Of a stretch of 64,000 nt of DNA, positions 25,696-40,945 are shown piece after piece. The position numbers were made by a program, and so were the translations under genes. Within the stretch, counting starts at the first letter, position 1, and each line of letters starts with the position of its first letter. The notes under the pieces are model-generated. The model did no database searches. It had not been told where the DNA came from and saw only the letters and a program-made list of their open reading frames with translations. This DNA comes from the human T2T-CHM13v2.0 reference genome, Homo sapiens, in NCBI RefSeq assembly GCF_009914755.1, contig NC_060939.1; one strand, written 5' to 3'.

Positions 25696-28600
25696 TTGAC
25701 TCTCATATATGGATCTTGTCCACAGGTAGGTGGGTGACTCTCAAACCAAAATTCATTACATCTGTGAGACTGTAACTCTCCTAAGGGGAGAAGTTCTTCT
25801 CAGCCAGAGAAGACTCATTTATGAATCCAGTTCACTGTTGAGATTGGGACTGTTGTACCTAGGCCAAACATACAAATTCTCATACCTGGAATCCGGACAT
25901 GTGTGGAGTTGTTCATCTCATCCCTGTCGCTTTCTGCAGGTGGGATTGTGACATACATCTCTGCCCAGCTCCTGAGTGTTTTAGCTCTGTTTCCTGTGTC
26001 CAGCTCACAGATGGGATTCTGATATATCACTGAAGCCAGCACCTAGATGATGTGACTCTTATCTCCTGCCTTGGTGCTGCCCACAGGGAACATTGGGACA
26101 TATCACTTGGCCTTGCACCTAGGTAATGTATGTTTTCTGCCTTGCATTAGTGCTACTCACAGGGGTGTTGTGATGTATTGCTGGGTCCCACATCCATGTT
26201 ATGTGACTCTTCTGCCTGTGCCCAGTCCACAATGGCCATTTTGACATATTGTTGCATCGAAAACCTAGATGATTTACCTCTCCTTCCTGAGCTTTGCCTA
26301 AGGGGACATTGTGAAATATCTATGAGCCCATCACCCATGTGGTGTGATTTTCTTCTCCTGCCTAGTCCCTGCTTAAAGAAAGGATTGTGACATATCACTG
26401 TGCCCAGCACCTATCTCATGTTACTCTTCTTTTGTTTTTTAGGATTTGTTTGGAAGGAGATTGTGATACATTGGTGGGTCCAACTTCTCGGTGACATTAC
26501 TCTGTTGACTGTGCTCTGCAAGCAGAAAGCACTGTGACACATTATTGGGCCCAACACCAAGGTGAGTCTCCTGCCTGAAGCCTGCCTACAGCAAGTTGTA
26601 ACATATGGCATTGGGACATATCTCTGAGCCCATCAACTATTTGACAAGATTCTCCTTTTTTAACAAAGGCTTTGCCCATAGGAGAGATTGTGACATAATT
26701 CTGAGCCCAGAAAATAGGGGATATTTCTTTTGTTTTCTGCTTGAGCCCCACATTGTGATGTATTTCTCCTCCCAACAACTGAGGGAAGGGAAAGTCCTGC
26801 CTGGGTCTTGCCTACGGGGAGCCTTGTGAAATCTTTCCGTGTTCATCACCTTAAATATGTGACCCTCATCTTCTGCCATGGCCATGTTTACAGAAGGGAG
26901 AGTGGGTTATTCCTACACCCAGCACACAGGTCATGTGATTCTGCATCCTGGTGTCTCCAGAGGGGTCATTTTGACATATCTCTAGACTCATCAACTAGAT
27001 AATGTAATGCTCCTCTTCCCCCTGAAACCTATCCATAGTGGAGATTGTGAAATACAGCCTGGCACAGCACCTACATGATGGTACTCTCTTCTCATGCTTG
27101 GGTGCTGGCCACAGGGGTGATTAAGACTTATAGCTGGGTACAGTCTTCAGGTGATGTAACTCTCCTCTATTTTTGGGCCCACACACACAGGGAACTACCA
27201 TATAGCTCTGCTCCTCAGTCTTAGGTGATGTGACTCTGCTGTCTGTTACCTCCTCTTAGGGGGAATTGTGATATATTGCTGGGCCCAGAACCGAGGTGAT
27301 GTGGCCTTTTCTCTTGCCTGGGCCCTGCATACATGGTGTACAGTAACATATATCTGGGTTGAACAAATAGGTGATGTGACTCTTCTGCATAGGTCTTGCC
27401 AACAGGGGTATTATGACATACTCTTCTATTCATTGCCTAGGCGATGTGACTCTCCACTCTTACCTGGGTCCTTCCAAAAGAGGGGATTGTGACATATCAC
27501 TGACCCTAACACCAAGGTAATGTGACTGTTCTCTTTTGCCTGGGTTTGCATATTTTGGGTATTGTGACATATCCCTGGGCCCAACACTTAGGGAATAAGA
27601 GGTTTATTCCTCTACCTTACGTGCAGTGAAGCTTGTGACATATTTCTGCATTCATCACCAAGAAGATGTGACTCTTCTGCCTGCATCCTGACCACAGAGA
27701 GGATTGTGAAATATTGCTAGATCCAGCATGCAGGTGATGTGTCTCTGCTGCCTGGTTCCTAATGTGAGGAGTGGATTGCAACATACCAATGCCTGAACAT
27801 TCAGGTAATGTGACTGTTGCCTGGTCCCTGTCCTCAGGGAAGCGACATATCACTGGCCCAGCGTCCAACTGATTTTACTCTCCTGCTCTCTTCCTATATG
27901 CAGGTGTAATTGTGACATATATCTTGGAACACAACACACAGGTGCAATGACGACATTCATATGTCAAACCAGCCAATAGAAGAGATACTGCTTCTCCTAG
28001 CTACACTTAGGGAAATGAAAAAAAACCCTGGGTCTCCTCGCTAAGATCATCCACTCTCTCATATATTACAGAAAGCCCTCGGGTGGTAGAGAGTCTTATC
28101 ACAGGGCCCAGCACACAGGTGAAATTTGTTACTCCTATGCGCACCCTGCACCCTCCTGACCATTATGATTTTCACCCTCACATATAAACAGAACCCACTG
28201 GTGAGGTCCTGAATTTCACACATGAATGCAGTTTATAGTTGGAATTGCGAATCTCATATGTAAAGATCTGGCCACAGTTGGAATGGGAACTTCGTTATAA
28301 ACCCAGCGCATAGAAAGCTGATGATTCTCTTATCTGGACCCCGCCAATTGTAAAGATGTTGACTCATATATAGGCTTAGGGCCACAGGTTTGATCCTGGG
28401 TCCATACCAGCATGAAAATCTCAGAAAGAATTGAGACTGTCATGCATACAACATAAAGCCGTCAGGTGCAACACAGAAAGTCCTAATAGGGCTCAGCACA
28501 CAGTAATATAATGACATTGGGATGCACACCCAGCCAACATTAAAGATTGTCGTTCTTTCACATGATCATAGTTCACTTTTGAGGCTCTGAATCCCATACC

Positions 28601-31600
28601 CAAAGGCAGATTGAAAAGTTGAAAAATTGACTCTCATATTTGAGAGTCACAGATGTGTTGATGACTCTCAGATCATGAGTCAGCACACCTAGGAAGCTGT
28701 GATTTCAATTAGGGGACAAAGTACGCAAGAGAAAATGGGGCTGCCATGCACAAATTTAGTCCACTATTGAGATAGTGACTTGTGTACTTAGATCAAACAT
28801 ACAGAAGGTGTTCACTCTCATGCGTAAAACCAGAATATGTGCGGGATTCATCCCATATCTGGACTTTCCTGCAGGTGTCATTGTGACAAGCATACACATT
28901 TGTCCAGCACCTGAGTGATTAGACTCTTCTGTTTAAGCCCAGCTCACAAATAAAATTGGGACATATCATTGGACCTAGAACATAGGTGATGTGGCTCTAT
29001 TCTCTTGCCTTCGTGCTGCCCACAGGGAGCATTGTAACGTATCACTGAACTTAACACCTAGGAGATTAGAGGCTCCTGCCTGAACTCTGTCCACAGTGAG
29101 CCTTGTAACATATTTCTGCTTCCAACACCAGATGATGTGACTCTCCTTTCTGCCTGCACCTTGCCCACAGGAAAGATTCTGACATATCACTGGGCCCAGT
29201 AATCAGTAATCAGGTGATGTTTCTCTCCTGCTATGGCCTTGCCCACAGGGAGTGTGGTGACATATCACTGAGCTCAATATTCAGGTGATTTGACTCTGCT
29301 GCTTGTACTCTGATTTCAGGAGGGGATTGTAACATATCCCGAGTGAGCACACAAGTGATGGGACTCCCCTCCTAGCCTCTGACCTCAGAAAACATTGTTA
29401 CATATCCCTGGCCCAGCCTTAGGTATGTGACTCTCCTACCTGTTCCCTGCCATCAGGGAAGATATTGACAGATCTCAGGCCAAGCATCCCGGTGACGTGA
29501 CTCTCCTGCTCACTCCCTACCCACAGAAGAGATTGAAACATATATCTTGGCCAGCTCACAGGTGTAATAATGACTCTCATACCTCAAACCTGCCACTAAG
29601 AGAAATGCTGTTTTTCATAGGGAGGCTTTGGAAAACCGGTAGGTCTTAACTCTTCCTTTTGTATGAAGGTCTTAGAGGAATACAACTCTCTCATATTATA
29701 TAAAGCTCTTAAATGGTACAAAGAGTGTTATCACAGGGATATGTTGCATAACCTATGGGAGGGGCCCAGTTATATGTCACAATTAACCCAGGGGGCAGGG
29801 CACAGGCATGAAAAGAGAGTCACACCACATATGTGCTGGCCTAAGTGATACATCATCATCCCCACTGTGTACAGGTCGCAGTAAGAACAGGAGAGTCACA
29901 TCATTCTAATAATGGTCTCAGAGATACATCACAATGACTCCCCTGGGCAGAAAGAAGGGATAAGGTTCACATCACCTGTGGGCTAGGCCCAGAGATGTCA
30001 CTCTTACTTCTGTGGGCATGTCTCAGGCTGGAGAGGAGAATCACATTACCTAAGCACTGGATCAAGAAATACTTCACAATCTTTCTCATGGGCAAAGCCC
30101 AGGTAAGAGAATAGAGCCATATCAAATAGTTCATGGGCTCAGAGATATGTCACAATGCTCCCTGTGGGCAGGGTTCAGGTAGGACAATCACATTACCTTG
30201 GTGCTTGTTCAGCAATATATCCCAAAGCCTTCTGAGGGCAGAGCCAAGACAAAAGAGTAAAATCATTTTGGTGTTTTACAAATCGATATGTCACAATCTC
30301 CCCCGAGGGCAGAACCTGAAAAAAGGGAAGAGTCACATTAGCTAAATGCTGCGCTGGGTGATAAGTCACAATTCACCCTGTAGGCAGAGACTAGACAGAA
30401 GATAGAGTCACATCATCTAGTGGCTGGTGCAGAGATATGCCACCATGCCCTCTGTAGGCAGAGTTCAGACAGGAGAGTTATGTCACCTGTGTTTTGGACC
30501 CAGAAATATGTCACAAAAGCCCATGGACAGAGCACAGGAAAGACAGGCACATAACCTGAATATCAGCTTCAGTGGTATGTCCCAATGCCTCCTGTGAGCG
30601 TTCCAAGGCAGGAGAGGAAACTCATATTACCTGTGTGCAAGACCCAGTGATACGTCACACGGAGGATTACCACTGTCATGCATATTGTGTAAACTATGGT
30701 AGAGAAATTGTCACCAAAGGGCTCAGCACACTGGTGAGATTATACTTCTCAGATGCACACCAAACCAATATTCAGGATGGTCTCTATCACACGTGGAGAG
30801 AGCCCACTCTTGAGGTCCTGAATTACACATGCAGACATAGTCCACAACTGGGATTCTGACTTTCATATGTGAACATCCAGCCACAGGTGGGATGGTGACT
30901 CATTTTTAAACGCAGCTCATAGGCAGTTAAGAACTCTTATTTGGACCCATCCAAGTAGAAAGATGTTGACTGTCATACCAGGGCTTAAAGCTAAAGGTAC
31001 AAGGAGGGGTCCGTGCCTGCTTAAGGTTTCAGAGAGAATTGTTACACTCATGCATACTCTATAAAGGCTGCATATGGTGAAGAGAGTGTCCTGACAGGGC
31101 CCAGAACAAAAGTAGATTGTGACACTCATATCTACGCTGAGCCAAGAGTAAAAATTGTCATCTTTTCACATGAACACAGCCCATTGTTGAGGTTCCAAAT
31201 CTCACACCTGGAGGCGGTTGAGAGATGAATAATTGACTCTCATAAGTGGATGCGATCCATGTTTGAGTCAGTGACTCTAAAACCAACATTCAGCAAACAC
31301 GTGAGGCTGTGACTCCATTAAGGGGCCACGGTCCTCGGGAAAGACTGAAGCTGCCATGCACAGATCCAGTGCACCATTGAGACTGTGACTTCTACACTTA
31401 GACCCAACAAACACAATGTGTTTGCTCTCACACCTAGATATGGGACATGTGCAGGATTGTCAGTCTCAGCCCTGGACTTTCCTGGAGGTATAACTGTGAA
31501 ATATATCTCGGCCCAGCTCGTGAGTGACTTGACTCTTCTGCGTAGCCCAGCCCATGATAAAATTGTGACATTATTGAACCCAGCACCTATGACCCCCCTC

Positions 31601-32414
31601 TTCTGCCTGGGTCCTGTCAAAAAGAGAGATTGTAACAAATCACTGGGACAATCACCCACATGATGTGACTCTCCTCTTTTCCCTGGGCCCTGCATATTTT
31701 GTATATTGTGACATACTGCTGGGCATAATACCTAGGGAATTGATGGCTACTGCCTGAGCCCTGTTCACAGGGGGCCTTGGGACATCTCTCTGCATTCACC
31801 ACCTAAAAAAAGTGTGTGCACCCTGCCTACAAAGAAGATTGTAGCAGATCACTTGTCTTAGCAACCAAGTGATGCGAGTCTCCTGTCCTGCCTTGGTGCT
31901 GCTCACAGGGGACATTATAACATATACTTGGTGCTGCACCCATGTTTTGTAATTTTTCTGCCAGGGGTCTACCATATAAGCTATATTGCTGGGTCCAACA
32001 CCCAGGTTATGCAGCTCTCCTTTCTGTGCTCTGCCTACAGGGGACATTGTGACTTATCTCTGCACCCATCACTCAGGTGATGTGACTTGCTTCTGCTGAC
32101 TGATTCCTGTTCAAGTGGAGATTGTGACATATCAATGGGGGCACCATCTAGCTGATGTAACTATTCTCTTCTGCCTAGGTTCTTCCTGCAGTGGAAATTG
32201 TGATGTATCACTGGGCTTAACACCAAAGTGACATTAATTTTTTGCCTTGGTTCTTCCCTCAGAAGACATTGTAATATATTGCTGGGCTCAGCACCAAAAC
32301 GATGTGGATTTCCTGTCTGGACCCTGCATACAGGAGTCCCTGTGACATATCTCTCGACTCATCAACTATTTGATGTGACTCTCCTCTGTTCCCTGAGCTT
32401 TGCCTATAGGAAAG

Positions 32415-35400
32415 CATCAGCCTGGGCTCCAGAGTCAGCCACCCACCCCTGCACAGACAAGGAGAGGTCTCATTAAGCTTCAGCACAGTCTGGGACCATA
32501 GCTTTTTTTGTAACGATTTGTTCGGCATGAGGCCCACTCACAAGGGCCCTTCGTGACTGGACTCAAGGAAAACGAAAAGGCCTACTTGTTTTTGCGATTT
32601 TCTGTTGTTTTTCAATAACTATTTCTCAGAAACAGTGTTGGATGAATTCCACAAGGGGTTCACACAACCTGTTCCAGGGCTTAGTGACCATTGTTTCTGT
32701 CCATGTTCATTGAGTTGAAATTTAATATTTAACTTTTCCTCCTCATTCAGCCTCAATTTGACACTGAATCATAGGAAAATATTTTTACAGTTATACGGGG
32801 AAGGCACAACTGGTATAGATTACAGATAGAGCAGAGGAGAATTAAAAGCACAATTAATAGAAACCACACCCACCATGGCCAACGCCAATGCTAGTTTGAC
32901 AGCCAGTCCATGATGGGGTCCTGATGGTTAGATTCTAACTGTTTTACTTGTCCTTGCATGTCTTCGGCAAGGAGAGTAATACTGCGAGAACTGTCAGGGA
33001 TACACACAACATTCAGAATGCAGCAAGACTCAAACCCCTCCTTGGGCTGCGGTAAACATACCTAATGCCATTCGATTTTGCAACACAACAGTACACAGCT
33101 GAACAAGTTCTTCTGATAACAACAGAAGTCCAGTGCTACTATCTTAGGAGCTTTTACTATATGTAGACTTAATATTTTAATTTGTTGCTGAAGCAGGATT
33201 GTACGAGGGGCAAGGGAGAATACTGTGATAGTTTTCCACCACCAGGGAGTCTGGCACGTTCATAACCAGCTACCTTTGTAAGCATCTAGATTATTGGGGA
33301 AGGGAATATTATCCCGGATGGTGAATGGAATTAATGGCACCCCCAAGTGAATCTCCCCATCCAATAAGGGGGCAGATAGGCCACCCATAGGGTCTGCATA
33401 CCCAGAGGGCCCCCCAGGGGACAGCAATGGTTATACTACAATTATAGTGTATTAAGATGTTATTAAAGTAGCAAAGGAAGTCCAGGTTGGATTGCAAGTG
33501 TTGTTGTTTTGGCCCCATTTGTAGTGACAGAGCCATTCAGAAATATTGGCAAGGACAACTCTGCAAGGCAGTCCATTTCCTGTGGTCTCTGGCAATTTTA
33601 TGCATAGCCAGCATTGACTGCGGTTGGCTTCTGTTGCAGTGGTTGCTGCCCAGTTGATGAATTCACTCTCCACCTCAGACATGATGACCCAGGTACTGAT
33701 TACTAGTAGACAGGTTATTCTCTGTAACAACAAAACTGAAGGGGAACATGATATTGTTTTTCATTTTTAGGAAATTGTACTACCCTTTTATTTTCTGCTC
33801 CCATAGCTACAAGGTCACCAGACTTAGGGGCCAGATCTGATGGAGGCTGTATCCATATTTTCGCTCCAGGATTTAAGCTACCTATACCAGTGGATCTTAA
33901 TTTCCCAGTTCTGTACGTAGCCTCTGTTGGGGCAGAGATTTCCTCAGGGGTTAATTGTTAACAAGGTACCAGGTACCACTGACAATTGAGCAACCTGAAT
34001 CTGCAGTCTTGTAACAAAAGAATGTGGAGTGGTATTGTGTAAAGTGAACTTTAACTCTTCCTGGTAATCATTATCAATTATACCACCATACATTATAATG
34101 TGTCTCATCGCCAGGCTTGAACGTGTTGTAATCCATTCACCCACATTCAAGTTTGCATTTATGCTGGAAATTTTGGCCTGTTGATCTACCTGCTGTTTAG
34201 TCTGTCAAGAGAATGCAGAGATGCATGAGAATCAATATGAAAAACAGCAATAATAGTAATGTGCATCAGGATTCAGGTATCTTCCTAGTATTGTTTTCTC
34301 CAAACCTCTTTATTCATTATTCACCATTTGTTTCATTGCCATTCGGGCAACTAGGTAGTAAGACCATTTTCTGCTGACCAACAGTCGGTATACAAGCAAC
34401 AAATTGCTCTGGCCTCCTCCTGAATAGTTCGGAGGATGGCTTCTAGTTCAGCCAGCTGGCTGCTCACACCCCTCCCTTCATCAGAAACGCTTATGTTTTT
34501 AACAGGATTATAAGCCACGGCCTCCCAGCATCAGGTCCCATCAATGTATTTGGTGGAACCATCAGTAACCAAGTGTGTTTCTGATCCTCTGGGCTTAGTT
34601 CTTTAAAGGATTTGCCCCATTGGGCAGGGGAGGTTTCCTTCCCTATATGCAGGACTTGCCCTGTGGTTTCCTGAGTTGGCAAGTTTTGCACATCTTCATG
34701 TAAAAATGATACCGCTTTTAGTTCTGGCTTATCCTGGTCTTGTATGTACCATTTCCATTTTATGATACTACATTCTTGAGTGTACCCTATCCAATGGGTT
34801 TTGAGGGAGCTCATGACCCAAGTCATAATAGGAATTTGGGGCCTCATAAAAACATCATGATTAAAACAAAGGTGTTCTGCTTCCTTCAAGCGCAGTAGCA
34901 GGCCAACAGCTGCTTCTCAAAGAGTATAAGCTTTGCCAGCCTCTGGCAGCTTCTGGGTCTAAAACTCCAAAGGTATCTTCTTCCCATCTTGTTTCTACCT
35001 AAGGCTCCAATTAGCATGTTGATGTAGGACAGTTACTTGCAGTTCTGTTGACTCATCCTATAAGGGCCATAGATCCAGGGCCAGTTGCTCCGCTTGTTTT
35101 GCTTCTTGAAAAGCCACGCTGTCTTTCTCTCTCCAGTGATATTCATAGTGTTTTCTAGTGACTGCATGCAGAGGTTGTAATATGTTACCCAACTGGGGAA
35201 TATGATGTCTCCAGAATCCAAACAAGCCAATACAATTTTGGACCTCCTTTTCAGTGGTAGGGCTGCAAATTCTAGTATTTTAGCGTTAGCCTTTGGTAAA
35301 ATGGACTGTTTCCCTGCAGTCCATAGGATGCCAAAGAACTTTACACTTTGTGCAGGCCATTGAATTTTATTAGAGTTAACTTCCCATCCTTGAGATAGGA

Positions 35401-36237
35401 TTTGGGTTTTTACCCTCTTCTGCCATGAAAACTGACTAGTTATTCAGTTTTACCCTGACTGGGCAACTCGGACAGCTGCTTTTTCAGCAATAGGCTGATA
35501 GCTTTGAGCCTGATCAGTGAAGACAGGCCTGGCATAGTACCAGGACCAGTCTGGAAGTCAGATTAAAATTTTCCTTTTCCAGCTTACATTTCTCTTGTAA
35601 CAACCAGTCCCTATATTGACACTTTAACTTATAAGCAGTAAGCAAGCATCATCAATGCTGGGAAATTCCCTCAGCATTACAATTACCAACTGGGACTCCC
35701 TGCTGCACCTCACACACAGCCAGTGATTCAAACAAACTTTATCCCACTTAAATGGCAATGCAGATATAATAAGCAAATATATAAGCAAGTTGCAATGCGA
35801 CGGGGAGAAGGGAAAAGATATATATATATATATATTTAAACTCACCAAACTATGGAGGATTCACCACGAGACTGTGAAGCAACAGCCTGGGCTCCAGATT
35901 GGCCACTCATCCGTCCACAGACAACGTGAGATCTCATGAAGCTTTGGCGCAGTCTGGAACCCCAGCTCTTTTTATAATGAGTTATTTGGCATGAAGTCCG
36001 GTCAGGAAGGCTCTTCACAACGGGGCTCAAGGAACACAAAAAGGTCAACTTGTTTTTTTGATTGTCTATTGTTTTTCAATAACTAAGATATAGGAATAAA
36101 TTGAAATAGAGATTTATCTGAAACAGCGCTGGATGAAGGCTTCAAGGGGCTCACACAACCTGTTCCGGGACTTGGTGACCATTGTTTGAGTCCATGTTCA
36201 ATTGAGTTCAAATTTAATATTTACCTTTTACTCCACA
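32415..36237 (-). mobile_element. Deleted class III (ERVL-like) provirus with pol, dUTPase and env remnants; LTRs at ~35730-36237 and ~32415-32745
   Basis: Homologous LTRs; dUTPase-like WITTRSSLA..GGIIDNDYQ..VAQL (33944-34150); RT-connection-like IIKWKWYIQD (34491-34889); env ISD VVLQNRMALGMFTAAQGGV*VLLHSECC at ~33000-33100. Confidence 0.85.
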
Positions 36238-37094
36238 AAGTGTCAAAAGTAATTCCTTCAAATGCAGGAAATTATGTAGCTACTCACAAACTAAACTTCT
36301 CAAACAAAAGTCATAAATAGAGTACAGAGATAAAAAATAAAATAAAATCTAACTACATCTGTCTACAGGGGATTCAATTTATTTATTTATTTATTTATTT
36401 TAGAGACATGGTATTGCTTTGTTTCCCAGGCTGGTCTCAAACTTCTGGGCTCAAGTTAACCTCCCACCTCAATCTCCTAAAATGCTTGGATGACAGATAT
36501 GAGCCATCTTACTATATAGTAACAAAAACAGACTAAAAGTGGCAAGATGCATCAAAACAATTTTATGCAAATCGTAATGAAATGAAGACAATGTCATGAG
36601 CACATTATGCAAAATACTTTTTAAATAACTGTCTTAGTTTATAAAATAAACTATAAGTTAAAACTGTCAAAGAAAACAAAGGACAAAATAATAAAAAAGT
36701 TTATTCACTGGAAACCTAGGAAAATTATATACATTTATATAATACACGTTTATATAATTGTGTGTATTTATCTAATTATGTATACAGACACACATATATA
36801 TGAACCTCACATGAAGATTTTAAAATAAATCAATAATATTTTGTCAGAACATAAACAAAAAACTGCAATATACTGAGAACAATATTTTAATACACCAGTT
36901 CTGTAATTAATAATAAAGCCAGAGAGAATGTTAAAAAGAAAACAGAGGACATGAAAATAATGTAAAACAGTTAGATGTAACAGATGCATAGAGATCACTC
37001 TACACAACAACAAAACTCACAGTCTTGTCAAAAGCTCATAAAACATTGTCCTAAAAATAAATATAAGGAAAAAAATTTTTTAACAGAATTAAAA

Positions 37095-40003
37095 AAAATT
37101 GAATATTACAGAAAACACTTCAAAAAATCAATCAACCCAGGAGCCGGTTTTTTGAAAAGATTAACAAAATAGATAGACCACTAGTAAGACAAATAAAGGA
37201 GAAAAGAGAGAAGAATCAAAGAGACGCAATAAAAAACGACAAAGGGGATATCACCACCAAACCCACAGAAATACAAACTACCATCAGAGAATACTATAAA
37301 CACCTCTACGGAAATAAAGTGGAAAACCTAGAAGAAATTGATAAATTCCTGGAAACATCCACACCTCCAAGACTAAACGAGGAAGAAGTTGAATCTCTGA
37401 GTAGACCAATAGCAGATTCTGAAATTGAGGCAATAATTAATAGCTTACGAACCAAAAAAAGTCCAGGACCAGATGAATTCACAACTGAATTCTACCAGAG
37501 GTACAAAGAGGAGCTGCTACCATCCCTTCTGAAACTATTCGAATCAAGAGAAAAAGAGGGAATCTTCCTTAACTCATTTTATGAGGTCAGCATCATCCTG
37601 ATACCAAAGCCTGGCAGAAGCACAACAAAAAAACAATATCCCTGATGAACATCAATGCAAACATCCTCAATAAAATACTGACAAACCAAATCCAGCAGCA
37701 CATCCAAAAGCTTACCCACCACGATCAATTCAGCTTCATCCCTGGGATGCAAGCCTGGTTCAACATATGCAAATCAATAAACATAATTCATCACATAAAC
37801 AGAACCAATGACAAAAATCTCATGACTATCTCAATGGATGCAGAAAAGGCCTTCAACAAAACTCAACAGCCTTTCATGATAAAAACTCTAAATAAACTAG
37901 GTATTGATGGAACACATCTGAAAATAATAAGAGCTATTTATGACAAACCCAGAGCCAATATCATGCAGAATGGGCAAAACCTGGAAGCATTCCCTTTGAA
38001 AACCAGCACAAGACAACGATTCCCTCTCTCACCGCTCCCACTCAACATAGTATTGGAAGTTCTGGCCAGGGCCATCAGGCAAGAGAAAGAAATAAAGGAC
38101 ATTCGATTAGGAAAAAGAGGAAGCCAAATTGTCTCTGTTTGCAGATGACATGATTGTATATTTAGAAAACCCCATTGTCTCAGCCCAAAATCTCCTTAAA
38201 TCTGATAAGCAACTTCAGCAAAGTCTCAGGATACAAAATAATATGCAAAAATCACAAGTATTTCCATACACCAATAACAGACGAACAGAGAGCCAAATTA
38301 TGAGTGAACTCCCACTCAACAATTGCTACAAAGAGAATAAAATACCTAGGAATCCAACTTACAAGGGATGTGAAGGACATTTTCAAGGAGAACTACAAAC
38401 CACTGCTCCATGAAATAAAAGCGGACACAAACAAATGGAAGAACATTCCATGCTCCTGGAAAGGAAGAATCAATATCATGAAAATGACCATGCTGCCCAA
38501 GATAACTTACAGATTCAATGCTATCCCCATCAAGCTACCACTGACTTTCTTCACAGAATTGGAAAAAACTACTTTGAAGTTCACATAGAACCAAAAAACA
38601 GCCTGCATAGGCAAGAAAATCCTACACAAAAAGAGTAAAGCTGCAGGTATCACACTACCTGACTTCAATCTATACTACAGGTCTACAGTAACCAAAACAG
38701 CATGGTACTGGTACCAAAACAGATATATAGAGCAATGGAAAGAAACAGAGGCCTCAGAAATACCATCACACATCTACAACCATTGGATCTTCGACAAATG
38801 TGACAAAAACAAACAATGGGGAAAGGATTCCTTATTTAATAAATGTTGCTGGGAAAAATGGCGAGCCATATGCAGAAAACTGAAACTGGATTTCTTCCTT
38901 ACACCCTATACATAAATTGACTCAAGATGGATTAAAGACTTAAATGTAAGACCCAAAACCATAAAAACCTAAGAGAAAACCTGAGCAATACCATTCAGGA
39001 CATAGGCATGGGCAAAGACTTCATGACTAAAACACCAAAAACAATGGCAACAAAAGCCAAAATAGACAAATGAAATCTAATTAAACTTAAAAGCTTCTAC
39101 ACAGCAAACGAAACTATCATTAGAGTGAACAGGCAACCTACAGAATGGGAGAAAATTTTTGCAATCTACCCATCTGACAAAGGACTCACATCCAGAATCT
39201 ACAAAGAATTTAAACAAATTTACAAGAAAAAAATGAGCAATCCCATCAAAAAGTGGGCAAAGGATATGAACAGACACTTCTCAAAAGAAGACATTTATGT
39301 AACCAACAGACATGAAAAATTGCTCATCATCACTGGTCATCAGAGAAATGCAAATGAAAACCACAATGAGATACCATCTTACGCTAGTTAGAATGGGGAT
39401 CATTAAAATGTCAGGAAACAACAGATGCTGGAGAGGACGTGGAAAAACAAAAACGCTTTTACACTGTGGGTTGGAGTGTAAATTAGTTCAAACGCTGTGG
39501 AAGACAGTGTGGTAATTCCTCAAGTATCTACAACCAGATATACCATTTGACCCAGCAATCCCATTACTGGGTATATATCCAAAGGATTATGAATCATGCT
39601 ACTATAAAGACACATGCACACGTACGTTTATTGTGGCACTGTTCAGAATAGCAAAGTCTTGGAACCAACCCAAATGTCCATCAATGATAGACTGGATTAA
39701 GAAATTGTGACACATATACACCATGGAATACTACGCAGCCTTAAAAAAGGATGAGTTCATGTCATTTGCAGGGACATGGATGAAGCTGGAAACCATCATT
39801 CTCAGCAAACTATCACAAGGACAGAAAAACAAACACTGCATGTTTTCACTCATAGGTAGGAGTTAAACAATGAGAACACGTGGACACAGGACAGGGAACA
39901 TCAAACGCTAGTGCCTGTTTGGGGGTGGGGGGCTATGGAAGGGATAGCATTAGGAGAACACTTAATGTAAATGTTGAGTTGATGGGTGCAGCAAACCAAC
40001 ATG
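37095..40003 (+). mobile_element. 5'-truncated L1PA (middle-aged, roughly L1PA7-like) with disrupted ORF2 and clipped 3' end
   Basis: ORF2 fragments [59 protein letters not shown] with frameshifts and stops; G-rich 3' UTR ends at ..aaccaacatg with no poly(A). Confidence 0.92.
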
Positions 40004-40406
40004 AGTAATGTTTATACAGGCAAATGAACAGAGAATTATGTTGGCAATAGACGTGTGGTTGATTCATATTTGACTGATTCATATTCAACTGTACACAGTT
40101 GAATATAGTCATAAAAAATTATAATATATAGGCAGAATCTAAAAACACAATTAAATAATGTAAGGCAGCCTATCCTAACAAGGAAATACAAGAATATATA
40201 ATATTAGAAAATAAAATTAAATAAACATTAGCCTGTGAAATACCGAATAAAGAAAGCATGCAACGGAAGAAGACTCTTTCTAGATAACTAGCATGTTCAA
40301 CCATAACTGGGCTCCCATAAAGAGCAGATTTTGAATTCTTAGCATATGGTTAGAGTAACAAAATTGCACAACAAATACATTATAATCTCCCATAAAGAGC
40401 ATTTAG

Positions 40407-40945
<539 letters not shown>

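Noticed and set aside
37319-39515. Active L1 ORF2
   Set aside because: 5'-truncated, several frameshifts and stops, no ORF1, promoter or poly(A).
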